A DNA stretch of 64,000 nucleotides, from contig JAUPVR010000001.1 in the NCBI GenBank assembly GCA_030916895.1, positions 1,887-65,886 of the forward strand. The letters run 5' to 3'. A program made the translations under genes and the position numbers. The notes beneath the pieces were generated by a model. It had not been told where the DNA came from. It saw nothing but the letters and a program-made list of their open reading frames with translations, and did not search any database. The DNA comes from Patescibacteria group bacterium (GTDB lineage Bacteria > Patescibacteriota > Minisyncoccia > Phycocordibacterales > UBA5272). Below, in pieces: positions 9,116-19,420 of this stretch. Numbering within the stretch: the first letter of the stretch is position 1; every line of letters begins with the position of its first letter.

Positions 9116-11539
9116 ATGAAACCATACGATTTTAAGAAAATCGAACAGCATTGGCAAAAACAGTGGGAAGAACAGCAAACCTACAAAACTGGTGAAGACA
9201 CATCTAAAGAAAAAGTATTTGTACTTGGCATGTTTCCGTATCCATCGGGGGAAGGGCTTCACACAGGGCATGTAAAAATTTTTACTGCAAGTGATATCTA
9301 TGCACGCAAGAAGCGTATGGAAGGTTACAATGTTTTGTTTCCAACAGGATGGGATGCCTTTGGACTTCCCGCAGAACAGTTTGCTATCAAAAATAAAATT
9401 CACCCACGAATTTCAACGGATAATAATGTAAATAATTTTAGGCGTCAAATGAAGATACTTTCTCTTTCGTATGATTTCAATCGCGAGGTGGACACCACCG
9501 ATCCAGCATACTACAAATGGACGCAATGGATATTTTTAAAAATGTATGAAAAAGGACTTGCATTTGAATCCTATGATCCAATTAATTGGTGTCCGTCATG
9601 TGAGACGGGTCTTGCTAATGAAGATCTAGAGGCTGGGAAGTGTGAGCGATGTGGTTCTATTGTTGAGAAAAAAAAGATGCGTCAATGGACACTTCGCATC
9701 ACTGATTATGCAGAACGTCTTTTACATGATTTGGATACGCTTCCGAAATGGCCTGAGTGGTTGAAGGAACTTGAGCGTAATTGGATTGGGAAATCTGAAG
9801 GCGCGGAGTTTGATTTCGAACTCGAAGGTGCGCCAGTAAAAAGTGTAAAGATTTTTACGACGCGTCCAGATACACTTTTCGGTGCAACGTTTGTTGCAAT
9901 TTCTGCCGAACTTGCGGATGAGTGGTTGAAGAATGGATGGGAGGCAGAAGAGGATATTCATGAGTACGTCGCAAAAACACTTAATGAACAGAAAGAGATT
10001 TTGGAGCACGGTAAAGAGCGTGAGAAGACTGGGATTTTTGCTGACATGTATGCAATCAATCCAACAACAAAAGAAAAAATTCCTGTCTGGATTGCAAATT
10101 ATGTACTAAGTGGTGTGGGGACGGGAGCAATTATGGCGGTGCCAGCACACGATGAGCGCGATTTTGAATTTGCTTTCAAATATAACATTCCAATCAAGGA
10201 AGTTATTGTGAGTGAGAAAAGTACTTTACCAGAGAAAGCATTTGTTGGTGAAGGAACACTTATTAATTCCGAAACGTTTGACGGAATGAAAAGCGAAGAG
10301 GCGAAACATAGAATCACTGAACACTTTAAAGGAAAGCCAGTGACACGCTACAAGTTGCAAGATTGGGTATTTTCTCGACAGCGATACTGGGGTGAACCGA
10401 TTCCAATCGTGCACGACGAAGAAGGCAAAGCATATCCATTGGACGTTAGCGAACTTCCGCTTACTCTTCCGGAGGTTGAGCACTATGCGCCGTCAGGAAC
10501 AGGGGAGAGCCCACTTGCAACGATTACTGACTGGGTAAATGTAAGAGGTATTATTACGGAGAAGGGAACGTTCAAGCAAGATAACAATGGAACAAACTTT
10601 CGCAGAGAAACAAACACCATGCCTCAATGGGCTGGTTCGTCATGGTACTACTTACGCTTTGCCGACCCGAACAACACCAAAGAACTTATTTCAAAAGAGG
10701 CAGAAAAATATTGGCAACCAGTTGATCGCTACGTTGGTGGTGCAGAGCACGCTACGCGCCATCTTATTTATGCGCGATTCTGGCATAAGTTTTTATATGA
10801 TATTGGCATTGTTTCTCAGATGGAACCGTTTTTGACGATGGAATCAGTAGGACTTGTCTTGGGCCCTGATGGTCAAAAGATGAGTAAGCGTAGAGGAAAC
10901 ATTGTGAATCCAGACGATGTGGTTAAGGAATGGGGTTCAGATGCTGTTCGTTTGTATTCTGCCTTCATGGGCTCATTTTATGATGCAACACCATGGAATA
11001 AAGATGCAATTGTTGGCTGTGCACGTTTTTTGGAAAAGGTGTGGAAGGTGTCTGGCTATGTGAAAGAGGAAAGCATTCCCTCGCTTGAAACAATTTTTCA
11101 TAAAACAGTCAAAAAAGTAACTGAAGACATCGAGGTATTCAAATTCAATACCGCCATTTCTTCGATGATGATTTTTTTAAACAGTGTTGATGAAGAGAAA
11201 GCAATTGGGAAAGCGGAGTGGAAAGCCTTTCTTCAAATCCTTGCACCCTTTACGCCATCTATTGCAGAGGAACTATGGAAGGATGCTGGTTTTTCTGAAA
11301 ATCTTCATACTGAGGGGTGGCCTGTGTACGACTCGGCGAAGACATTTGAGAGTGAAATTACCATGCCGATACAGATTAATGGAAAACTTCGTGGAACGTT
11401 CATTGTACCATTTGATTCAAGTGACGAAGAGGTAAAAACTAGCCTTTTTAAAACCTTAGAATATGAAAAATATGTCGGAAAGAATGAGCCAAAAAAGGTC
11501 ATTATAGTTAAAAATCGCCTTGTAAATATAGTGATTTGA
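9116..11539 (+). CDS. leuS: leucine--tRNA ligase
   Basis: HVKIF(HxGH-like) and KMSKR motifs plus CP1 editing domain; start taken at MKPYDF, so the upstream ORF extension is spurious. Confidence 0.95.
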   Translation: MKPYDFKKIEQHWQKQWEEQQTYKTGEDTSKEKVFVLGMFPYPSGEGLHTGHVKIFTASDIYARKKRMEGYNVLFPTGWDAFGLPAEQFAIKNKIHPRISTDNNVNNFRRQMKILSLSYDFNREVDTTDPAYYKWTQWIFLKMYEKGLAFESYDPINWCPSCETGLANEDLEAGKCERCGSIVEKKKMRQWTLRITDYAERLLHDLDTLPKWPEWLKELERNWIGKSEGAEFDFELEGAPVKSVKIFTTRPDTLFGATFVAISAELADEWLKNGWEAEEDIHEYVAKTLNEQKEILEHGKEREKTGIFADMYAINPTTKEKIPVWIANYVLSGVGTGAIMAVPAHDERDFEFAFKYNIPIKEVIVSEKSTLPEKAFVGEGTLINSETFDGMKSEEAKHRITEHFKGKPVTRYKLQDWVFSRQRYWGEPIPIVHDEEGKAYPLDVSELPLTLPEVEHYAPSGTGESPLATITDWVNVRGIITEKGTFKQDNNGTNFRRETNTMPQWAGSSWYYLRFADPNNTKELISKEAEKYWQPVDRYVGGAEHATRHLIYARFWHKFLYDIGIVSQMEPFLTMESVGLVLGPDGQKMSKRRGNIVNPDDVVKEWGSDAVRLYSAFMGSFYDATPWNKDAIVGCARFLEKVWKVSGYVKEESIPSLETIFHKTVKKVTEDIEVFKFNTAISSMMIFLNSVDEEKAIGKAEWKAFLQILAPFTPSIAEELWKDAGFSENLHTEGWPVYDSAKTFESEITMPIQINGKLRGTFIVPFDSSDEEVKTSLFKTLEYEKYVGKNEPKKVIIVKNRLVNIVI

Positions 11540-11584
11540 CGAATTTTAGTATTTGTAGTAGTATATAGAGTACTTATTTTAAAC

Positions 11585-12613
11585 ATGGCACAAATTACCT
11601 TTAAACCAAAAGCGATTTCCAAGAAACTTTTGACCACACTTAACCCTCGAACAAAGGAAATCGTGGTTAATCGTTATGGCTTGGAAAAGGGAGAGCGTAT
11701 GACCCTCGAAGCAATCGGCAAGACATACGACATTACTCGCGAACGTGTTCGTCAGATTGAGAATTTTGCGCTTGCGACAATCAAAAAATCAAAGGAGTAC
11801 AAGGAACACGCTTTTATATTTGAAGAATTGAGATCTGTTATTGAAGAACTCGGTTCTGTTGTTTCTGAGGAACACCTCATGGAATCAATTTCGAAGGACC
11901 CAGTTATTCAAAATCATATCAATCTCTACTTAGCGCTTGGTGAAGAATTTAAAAAGCACAAAGAAGACGATCATTTTAAGTCACACTTTAGTATTGATGA
12001 CAAAATTTCTGGCCATGTTCGTGATGCACTTCACAAATTGTATCAATCAATTAATGAAGAAGATCTCATTAAGGAAGAAGAAATTTATGAACGTTTCGTT
12101 GGACACCTTTCAGAGGTTGTTGGTGAATACAAGACAAACAAGGCAATTATCAATCGCTACCTATCACTCTCAAAGGTTATTGGTAAGAACCAATTGAATG
12201 AATGGGGACGAATGTCATCACCTCACGTAAAGGCTCGCGGGATCAAAGACTACGCATACCTTATTATGCGAAGAAAGGGAGAACCTATGCACTTTAAAGA
12301 AGTTGCACTTGAGATTAATAAAACGTTTGGCAAAAAAGCACATGTTGCAACATGCCACAATGAGCTTATTAAGGACGGACGATTTGTCCTTGTTGGACGT
12401 GGTATGTACGGACTTAAAGATTGGGGGCACACAGGAGGTGTTGTCCGTGACGTCATTAAACAAGTCTTGAAGGAAGCGGGTAAATCACTTCCGAAAGATG
12501 AGATTATTAAGCGGGTTTTGGCTAAGCGTATTGTTAAGCCAAACACTGTCCTCGTTAATCTACAAAATTCTAAGTTTTTTAAGAAGGTTGCCGGGGAATA
12601 CGCACTCGCATAG
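11585..12613 (+). CDS. sigma-70 region-4-like HTH fused to a C-terminal HARE-HTH-like domain
   Basis: N-terminal LEAIGKTYDITRERVRQIENFAL matches sigma region 4.2; C-terminal FVLVGRGMYGLKDW resembles HARE-HTH. Confidence 0.5.
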   Translation: MAQITFKPKAISKKLLTTLNPRTKEIVVNRYGLEKGERMTLEAIGKTYDITRERVRQIENFALATIKKSKEYKEHAFIFEELRSVIEELGSVVSEEHLMESISKDPVIQNHINLYLALGEEFKKHKEDDHFKSHFSIDDKISGHVRDALHKLYQSINEEDLIKEEEIYERFVGHLSEVVGEYKTNKAIINRYLSLSKVIGKNQLNEWGRMSSPHVKARGIKDYAYLIMRRKGEPMHFKEVALEINKTFGKKAHVATCHNELIKDGRFVLVGRGMYGLKDWGHTGGVVRDVIKQVLKEAGKSLPKDEIIKRVLAKRIVKPNTVLVNLQNSKFFKKVAGEYALA

Positions 12614-12617
12614 CAAA

Positions 12618-12640
12618 AAGAGGGGTTGACCCTCTTTTTT
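12618..12640 (+). terminator. intrinsic terminator
   Basis: aagaggg gttga ccctctt followed by T6. Confidence 0.75.
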
Positions 12641-12709
12641 GTTTAGTAAATCTACCCACAACAATGAAGAGCGCTCTTTTGTTTTGGCTGGTATACTAGG
12701 TACTATAGT

Positions 12710-14227
12710 TTGCCTATGCAATTTCTTATTGATGTCATTCTCATACTCTCTTACGGCGTTGCGCTACTTTTCCTTATTGCGTGGGCGTGGCGTTTTTGGG
12801 TATTTTACTTACACCGTAAGTTCATTGATGATTTTAGTAAGAGTTGTATTTTACTTGAAATTCGTTTACCTCGTGAAATTTTTAAATCACCGATTGCTAC
12901 AGAAACTGCTCTTGATGCACTCTTGCAGGGTGGCGGTGTTGGTACGTGGCATCACAGATTTTGGAAAGGTAATCTCCCGTCGTGGTTTTCTCTTGAAATA
13001 GCTTCTCTTGAAGGTGTTATTCATTTTTATGTGTATACACATAAAAAGTTTAGACAAATTATTGAGGCTAATTTTTATGCACAGTATCCTGGAATAGAAA
13101 TTGTTGAAGCAGACGATTACACTAAGCGCATCCGTTATAATCATCTTGATAAGAATTCAATAGCCAAAGCTTGGGGTGCATCGTATAGTACAACGCAAAA
13201 ATGGCCCGTTAAAGACTTAGAAACAGGAGAGGTTTTACAAAAAGGGGGGAAAGATTATGAAATGCCCGCTCAATTTTATCCAATCAAGACATACGTTGAT
13301 TACGGCCTTGATAAAGACCCTAAGGAAGAATTTAAAATTGATCCAATTACGCCACTCCTTGAGTTTATGGGCGGTATTGGAAAGGACGAGTATGTTTGGT
13401 ACCAGATTCTGCTTCAAGATGAAGGGGCTTTCAATGGTAAGAAATTTCCAAAAATGTTCTTAAATGAAGTAAAGAAAAAAGCAATGGATATTAAAGAGAT
13501 GGCAAAATGGTATAAGAGTCAAATGATGATTACTGGTACCAAAGAAAAAGGTTCGAAAGCTTACGATGAATACGGAAATGTTAAGACGATAAAACAAGGG
13601 GATCAGGTAGTTGAAGTTACCTATCAAGAAACAAAAGCTATAAAAAGAGGCCTTCTTGAATTAACCAAAGAGGAACAGCAGGAGATAGAGGCAATTAATG
13701 AAAAATTATCAAAACCGCTTGCGCGAACAATAATTCGTTTATTCTATATAACAAAAAAGGAAAAATTTAATCCAAACTATATTCAAAATATAGTTAATAT
13801 AATGAAACCATATAAGGGTGTAAATTCTTTTGCCCCATCACCAACAGATCCTTACGATTTTCCTTGGCAAACAATGGGGGGTAAGCGTGTTGATTGGAGG
13901 ACGGAAGAGTTATTTAATGCCATGGTTGAACGGTCTGGTTTCCACCCCTTTATCCCTCCGAAAGATAATGATAAGGCAATGGATAGCCTTGATTGGTGGG
14001 AAGATGGTTTTTTCTATGTTTATCCAACAAGATATCGCATTATGTTCCGTACCGTGTATGAGGTATTGGTACACCCATTTGCTATTGTTAAACCAAAAGA
14101 GGTAACCATCCTTAATCTCGAAGAAATTGCAACGCTTTGGCATTTGCCTGGCGCAGTTGCAACAACACCAACACTTCCACGTATTGATAGCACAAAAGGT
14201 GTTGCGCCAGTTAACCTTCCCGTATAG
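12710..14227 (+). CDS. hypothetical protein, N-terminal TM anchor, 505 aa
   Basis: Long ORF with normal composition; no motif recognised. Confidence 0.5.
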   Translation: MPMQFLIDVILILSYGVALLFLIAWAWRFWVFYLHRKFIDDFSKSCILLEIRLPREIFKSPIATETALDALLQGGGVGTWHHRFWKGNLPSWFSLEIASLEGVIHFYVYTHKKFRQIIEANFYAQYPGIEIVEADDYTKRIRYNHLDKNSIAKAWGASYSTTQKWPVKDLETGEVLQKGGKDYEMPAQFYPIKTYVDYGLDKDPKEEFKIDPITPLLEFMGGIGKDEYVWYQILLQDEGAFNGKKFPKMFLNEVKKKAMDIKEMAKWYKSQMMITGTKEKGSKAYDEYGNVKTIKQGDQVVEVTYQETKAIKRGLLELTKEEQQEIEAINEKLSKPLARTIIRLFYITKKEKFNPNYIQNIVNIMKPYKGVNSFAPSPTDPYDFPWQTMGGKRVDWRTEELFNAMVERSGFHPFIPPKDNDKAMDSLDWWEDGFFYVYPTRYRIMFRTVYEVLVHPFAIVKPKEVTILNLEEIATLWHLPGAVATTPTLPRIDSTKGVAPVNLPV

Positions 14228-14232
14228 TTTTT

Positions 14233-15144
14233 ATGGAGAGATTTCGTGACAATAAAATAAAATTTTATGTAGGATTTAGTCTTGCTGGGCTTTTTTTTAT
14301 CATTGCTTCTCTGTACACATCCTTTTCATGTCCTCCAAATTTTCCTATAGGCTCAACATTTGTCGTTAATGAGAATGAATCTCTTAAAACAATAAGTAAT
14401 CGACTTGAGGAAAGAAATATCGTGAGTTCCGCACTCATGTTCCGCGCGCTTGTTTCTTTTACAGGGAGAGATCGTCATGTTCAACTCGGTGTTTATGAAT
14501 TACCTGAAAAACTTTCTTTACGAGAAGTTGTTAAACGCTTTACTACCATGGGACCAAATCATCCTCTTGTGAAAGTGACCATTCCAGAGGGAAGTACTGT
14601 CAAAGAAACTATTGATGTATTCCTAGAGGCCATACCAGCACTTTCAGAAGAAAAACTTACCACAATTATTGAACAAGAAAACGCAGATGGTAAACTTTTT
14701 CCCTCTACGTATTTTTTACTCCCCTCAGCAACCGAAGAAAAAGTAGTCAAACTTTTACTTGATACATTTCAGAGTATGTATCAGAATTCTTTTGCTTTTT
14801 TGATTAAACCAAAGAATGTCACAACCGACAATGACATCATCTCTCTTGCGGCAATTCTTGAAGGGGAAGCAAAGACGGTTGAAGACATGCAGATTATTTC
14901 TGGTATTTTACAGAAACGTCTTGCCATTAAGATGCCTCTTCAGGTTGATGTCGCAAAAGAAACATATAAGTCACGTGGTCTGCCAGGTGTTCCTATCAAT
15001 AATCCAGGTAAAAACGCAATACACGCAGTTTTTAATCCAATAGAGACACCATATTTGTATTACATAACAGGGAAGGATGGTACAATGTACTACGCCAAAA
15101 CATACGACGAGCATAAGCGAAACATTAACAAGTATTTACGATAA
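14233..15144 (+). CDS. mltG: endolytic murein transglycosylase
   Basis: N-terminal TM anchor, YceG-like fold, GLPGVPINNPG motif. Confidence 0.7.
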   Translation: MERFRDNKIKFYVGFSLAGLFFIIASLYTSFSCPPNFPIGSTFVVNENESLKTISNRLEERNIVSSALMFRALVSFTGRDRHVQLGVYELPEKLSLREVVKRFTTMGPNHPLVKVTIPEGSTVKETIDVFLEAIPALSEEKLTTIIEQENADGKLFPSTYFLLPSATEEKVVKLLLDTFQSMYQNSFAFLIKPKNVTTDNDIISLAAILEGEAKTVEDMQIISGILQKRLAIKMPLQVDVAKETYKSRGLPGVPINNPGKNAIHAVFNPIETPYLYYITGKDGTMYYAKTYDEHKRNINKYLR

Positions 15145-15168
15145 TTATTTTTTTGATAGCACAACTGC

Positions 15169-15723
15169 ATGAAAGTACACAACCTAGCTTTTATTGATAC
15201 TGAAACTACCGGAACAGACCCCAATAAGCATGAAATTATTGAGCTTGCTGTGATTATTGCTCGTCAGGTTCCTCGTGAAGGTAAAGGACCAAAGATAGAA
15301 ATTATTGAAGAAGTAGAGTGGAAAATAAAACCAGAGCATATTGAAACAGCCGAAGATGAAGCACTTCGTATTAATGGATACAATGAGGTGGATTGGATGT
15401 TTGCTGTTGATCGTAAAAAAGCCATGGAAGAGTTTGTTAAAAAAACTGAGAGTTGTACATTTGTGTCACACAACCTCACATTTGACTACGCCTTCATCCA
15501 AAAGGCTTTTGAAGAAACAGGTGTTGAAAGTAGGATGCATTATGCGAAACTCGACACCATTTCAATGGCATTTGCTCGTCTTTATGATGCACCTCAGGCG
15601 GATAAATTTTCACTGCGAGCCCTTTGTGCGCTATTAAAAGTAGAGAACCCAAAAGCACACACTGCACTTGCCGATACCCGCGCACTTGTTGATGTGTATA
15701 GGAAAATGATGGGAGCGTATTAG
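15169..15723 (+). CDS. DEDDh 3'-5' exonuclease (DnaQ/epsilon-like)
   Basis: FIDTETTG Exo I motif, H-x4-D Exo III motif (HTALADT). Confidence 0.8.
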   Translation: MKVHNLAFIDTETTGTDPNKHEIIELAVIIARQVPREGKGPKIEIIEEVEWKIKPEHIETAEDEALRINGYNEVDWMFAVDRKKAMEEFVKKTESCTFVSHNLTFDYAFIQKAFEETGVESRMHYAKLDTISMAFARLYDAPQADKFSLRALCALLKVENPKAHTALADTRALVDVYRKMMGAY

Positions 15724-15804
15724 GAAAAAATAAAAAACCGCGACCAACATAAGAAGCAATGCTTGAAAGATGTTCGCGGTTTTCAATATGTTCCGCAAAC
15801 GTTA

Positions 15805-16173
15805 TCACCAAACGATGCGTTGTTCACAGGGTGGTTGGTACCACCGTGTTTCGTAAGGTGTTTGCCATAGGATTTGCGGTGGCGGGCATACGACGATAAC
15901 CTGTGGTTGGGGTTGGAAGTTATATGCTCCGTAGTACGGAGGAACCAACCCGTAGCCGTAGTTACCATATATTCCGAACCCAACTGGTGGGCCAATGGTG
16001 ATTCCCCAAGAAAACGAAGGCGGGGCGTGGTGTTGTTGGGGGCGATATTCGTGGTGCCGTTGAGGGTTTTCAAAACGGTGGTGGCGGTTTCCTGAAATGA
16101 CGTTTTGTTGCCCAAAGGCAGATGGAACGAATATCCAGGATGCAACAAGGAGCAAAAGAGCAAGGCTTTTCAT
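15805..16173 (-). CDS. secreted Gly/Tyr/Pro/His-rich low-complexity protein (GC-rich island)
   Basis: Signal peptide MKSLALLLLVASWIFVPSAFG, strong SD aaggag, -35/-10-like promoter; coding sequence is visibly GC-rich. Confidence 0.6.
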   Translation of the reverse strand: MKSLALLLLVASWIFVPSAFGQQNVISGNRHHRFENPQRHHEYRPQQHHAPPSFSWGITIGPPVGFGIYGNYGYGLVPPYYGAYNFQPQPQVIVVCPPPQILWQTPYETRWYQPPCEQRIVW

Positions 16174-16257
16174 GAGGTTCTCCTTCAGTGAAAAGATATA
16201 TCTTCATACTATTCTTTTTTTGTGTTTATGCAAACAGCGTGCTAGATTTGAACTATT

Positions 16258-17310
16258 ATGAATAAAGGGAAGAAAGTGTTTGTCGGCATGTCAGGCGGGG
16301 TTGACTCGTCTCTTTCGGCCGCCCTTCTTAAAGAGCAGGGATACGATGTAACTGGGGTGTTTATCAAGGTCTGGCAACCTGATTTTATTGAATGTACTTG
16401 GAAAAATGACAGATTAGATGCGATGCGTGTTGCTTCCGAACTTGAAATTCCATTTGTAACCCTTGATTTAGAAAAAGAGTATAAACAGGGGGTCATCGAT
16501 TATATGCTTTCGGAATATAAGGAAGGGCGGACACCAAACCCTGATGTAATGTGCAACCGCGAAGTGAAGTTCGGTGCATTTTGGAAGTGGGCAAAAGAAC
16601 AGGGTGCAGATTTTATTGCGACGGGGCACTATGCAAAGACAGATCATGAGGAACTTTTGGTAAGTGACGATAAAAATAAGGATCAGACATATTTTCTTTG
16701 GATGCTCACCAAAAATGATTTAGAGCACATTCTTTTTCCAATTGGTCACTTAAAGAAAGATGATGTGCGCAATGAGGCAAAAAATCGTGGCCTCTACACA
16801 AGCGGAAAGAAAGACAGTCAAGGATTGTGCTTTGTTGGTACTATCGACATAAAAACACTCCTTAAGGAGTACATTGAAGAAAAGATTGGTGACGTAAAGA
16901 ATGAGGATGGTGAAGTTATTGGAGTACATGATGGAGTTACTTTCTACACCATTGGCGAACGCCACGGGTTTACGATACGCAAGAAGACCACCGATGATGC
17001 GCCCTACTATGTTATACGTAAAAATATCAAGAATAACGAGCTCATTGTGTCGCATCAGAAACCAGAGAAAAAACTTCACGAAGAAATTTTACTTGATAGG
17101 GTAAATTGGGTAAACGGCGGTCCGCGTGATGGTTTTACCTATGAGGCTCGTGCTCGTTACCGCGCGTTGCTTGCAAATGTAACGATTGCCAAAAAAAATG
17201 ACACATGGCACGCAAGTGTTATCTCCGGGGATCTTGTAGCTACTCCAGGACAGTCCCTCGTATTCTACGATAAGGAGAAGTGCTTGGGGGGCGGAATTAT
17301 TGTATACTAG
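16258..17310 (+). CDS. mnmA: tRNA 2-thiouridine(34) synthase
   Basis: VFVGMSGGVDSS PP-loop motif and MnmA architecture. Confidence 0.9.
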   Translation: MNKGKKVFVGMSGGVDSSLSAALLKEQGYDVTGVFIKVWQPDFIECTWKNDRLDAMRVASELEIPFVTLDLEKEYKQGVIDYMLSEYKEGRTPNPDVMCNREVKFGAFWKWAKEQGADFIATGHYAKTDHEELLVSDDKNKDQTYFLWMLTKNDLEHILFPIGHLKKDDVRNEAKNRGLYTSGKKDSQGLCFVGTIDIKTLLKEYIEEKIGDVKNEDGEVIGVHDGVTFYTIGERHGFTIRKKTTDDAPYYVIRKNIKNNELIVSHQKPEKKLHEEILLDRVNWVNGGPRDGFTYEARARYRALLANVTIAKKNDTWHASVISGDLVATPGQSLVFYDKEKCLGGGIIVY

Positions 17311-17330
17311 GAAAACTTTTTGATTTGCAT

Positions 17331-18227
17331 ATGGAAACAACAAACACCTTTGAAATACTTCTGTTTTATAAATATGTTGGTATACAAGACCCTCAAGTAC
17401 TTATGGAGCGTGAGCGTGCTGTGTGCTCTGTTTTAGGGCTTAAGGGGCGTATTATTATCGCCAAAGAGGGTATTAACGGTACCCTTGAAGGAACTCCAGA
17501 TATGACTGCAAAGTATAGAGAACACATTCTCTCTGATAAGCGTTTTAAGAATATGGATATAAAGACAAGTGAGGGTAATGGACAAGCATTCCCTCGTCTT
17601 TCGGTAAAAGTAAAACCAGAAATTGTTTCAACCAAACTTCCCGAACATATTGATCCAACTAAAGAAACAGCCGTACATTTGCCAGCTCACGAACTTAAGA
17701 AGTGGTATGACGAAGGGAAAGATTTCGTTGTGATTGACATGCGTAACGATTACGAAATAAAGAGTGGGTATTTTGATAAGACAGTAAATCCAGGGCTCTA
17801 CGCATCGCGTGATTTACCTAAGGCGCTCGATAAACTTCGTGTTCATAAAGACACAACAGTAGTTACTGTTTGTACGGGGGGTGTTAGATGTGAAAAAATG
17901 TCCGCATACTTACTTGACCAAGGATTTAAAGATGTGTACCAACTTCACAACGGTATGCACACGTTTATGGAAAAATATCCAGGACAGCATTTTAATGGCA
18001 CACTATTTACCTTCGATAACCGCATCACGATGCACTGGGGAGGGGACGAGAGAAAGATTGTTGGGAAATGTGCGGTGTGTGATGCAACAACCGAAAACTA
18101 CAGAAATTGTCAGAATCCAGTATGTAATGGAAAAATGCTCGTATGTGACAAATGTGCAGAGAGTCGTAAAGAAGAAATGTTTTGTAAAGACAAAACAACC
18201 TGCGGGAAATCGGTTCAGGTTGTGTAA
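17331..18227 (+). CDS. trhO: rhodanese-domain tRNA U34 hydroxylase-like (UPF0176)
   Basis: N-terminal UPF0176 motif IAKEGINGT, rhodanese core, Cys-rich C-terminus. Confidence 0.7.
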   Translation: METTNTFEILLFYKYVGIQDPQVLMERERAVCSVLGLKGRIIIAKEGINGTLEGTPDMTAKYREHILSDKRFKNMDIKTSEGNGQAFPRLSVKVKPEIVSTKLPEHIDPTKETAVHLPAHELKKWYDEGKDFVVIDMRNDYEIKSGYFDKTVNPGLYASRDLPKALDKLRVHKDTTVVTVCTGGVRCEKMSAYLLDQGFKDVYQLHNGMHTFMEKYPGQHFNGTLFTFDNRITMHWGGDERKIVGKCAVCDATTENYRNCQNPVCNGKMLVCDKCAESRKEEMFCKDKTTCGKSVQVV

Positions 18228-18240
18228 TTAGTGTGTCACG

Positions 18241-18909
18241 CTAGTGATCATGGTTGTGTCTGTGTTGTAGGTGGTGGCGAATTTCAAGGGTAATAATCCA
18301 AAGTACAATTACAGCAAGCGAAGAAATACTTGCAATTTCAAGTGCATGGAACTCTTCGTGGGTTATTTGTTTTCCCAAGAGATAGACAAGTATTGCCGCA
18401 ACAGGGGATCCGCCTTGTGCAAGGATGCCATAGAAAATAGTTTTCTTTATTGAAAGACCAAGGCCTCGAAATATTGCTAGTGTGCCTAGAATTTTTGGAA
18501 GTTCATGAATAATAATACCGATGGTTGCCGCGTACCCTAAAAGAGGACTCAATAAGTATGTTGCTCCAATCACAGCACCATCAATGAGTGAATGAAACGC
18601 CTCACTTATAACAATACCTTTAGCACCAGCCTCTTCTTGTCCGTGGGTGTGGTTATGTCTAAATTTTGCCAAAATAAAAAGAGTGATAATTGCAGTGATT
18701 ACACCAAGGATAATTTCTGAGAAGCCAAGCTCATTTCCTGCCTCATGGATTGTGTCGGTAACGGTATACCCAAGAAGAATAAGACCAAGCCCAAGAAAAA
18801 TAATCTTATAAACCCCAGTAAATAGATTTCGTCTAAGCAGGAGAGCTAGAACAGCAAGTGCTGGAAGTGCTATCGAACTTGCAACCATAAGAAAAAAAGA
18901 TGTCGTCAT
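18241..18909 (-). CDS. zupT: ZIP-family zinc transporter
   Basis: ZIP signature HELP(K)ILGTLA plus His-rich loop HNHTHGQEE. Confidence 0.8.
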   Translation of the reverse strand: MTTSFFLMVASSIALPALAVLALLLRRNLFTGVYKIIFLGLGLILLGYTVTDTIHEAGNELGFSEIILGVITAIITLFILAKFRHNHTHGQEEAGAKGIVISEAFHSLIDGAVIGATYLLSPLLGYAATIGIIIHELPKILGTLAIFRGLGLSIKKTIFYGILAQGGSPVAAILVYLLGKQITHEEFHALEIASISSLAVIVLWIITLEIRHHLQHRHNHDH

Positions 18910-18940
18910 AATGGTATTGATTGTACATTATCTTATTTAA

Positions 18941-18961
18941 ATATGCAAATTATTTGCATAT
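18941..18961. promoter_or_regulatory. Fur-family (Zur-type) operator: perfect 10-1-10 palindrome
   Basis: atatgcaaat t atttgcatat in the divergent zupT/fur-family intergenic region. Confidence 0.65.
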
Positions 18962-18991
18962 ACGTTTGTAGGTGGTATACTCTACATTACT

Positions 18992-19420
18992 ATGGCACTT
19001 CACACGAAAGAGCAATTAACAGCCGTTATTAAAAGTGCGGGGCTTCGGTTGACTGATCATCGACTCGCTATCCTTGCAACACTTGCTCGTGTGAAGCAAC
19101 CAGTCACCGTGTATGAACTTGTTGACACGCTTCGTAAGAAAGAAAATATTGATCAAGCAACCGTGTATCGTAATTTGACGTCACTTCATGAAGCAGGACT
19201 ACTCCGCAGGCTCGATTTTAATCACGGTCATGCACACTATGAATTAGAAACTGGGGAAGCATCTCATCAGCTTGTTTGTAATTCATGCGAAACGGTTGAG
19301 AAAATAGAAGGGATTTCAATTGATAGCGCTGTTCAAAAAATGTTAAAGAGAAGTAAAAAGTTTAAGAATGCAACAACACATTCAATTGAAATCTACGGAG
19401 TATGCAAACATTGCGCATAG
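18992..19420 (+). CDS. zur: Fur-family transcriptional regulator (probable Zur)
   Basis: Fur winged-helix N-terminus, HGHAHYEL and C-x2-C ... C-x2-C metal sites. Confidence 0.8.
   Translation: MALHTKEQLTAVIKSAGLRLTDHRLAILATLARVKQPVTVYELVDTLRKKENIDQATVYRNLTSLHEAGLLRRLDFNHGHAHYELETGEASHQLVCNSCETVEKIEGISIDSAVQKMLKRSKKFKNATTHSIEIYGVCKHCA

Noticed and set aside
15783-16163. Alternative-frame 126-aa ORF overlapping the secreted Gly/Tyr-rich gene
   Set aside because: No signal peptide and no SD; the overlapping frame, 15805..16173, has both.
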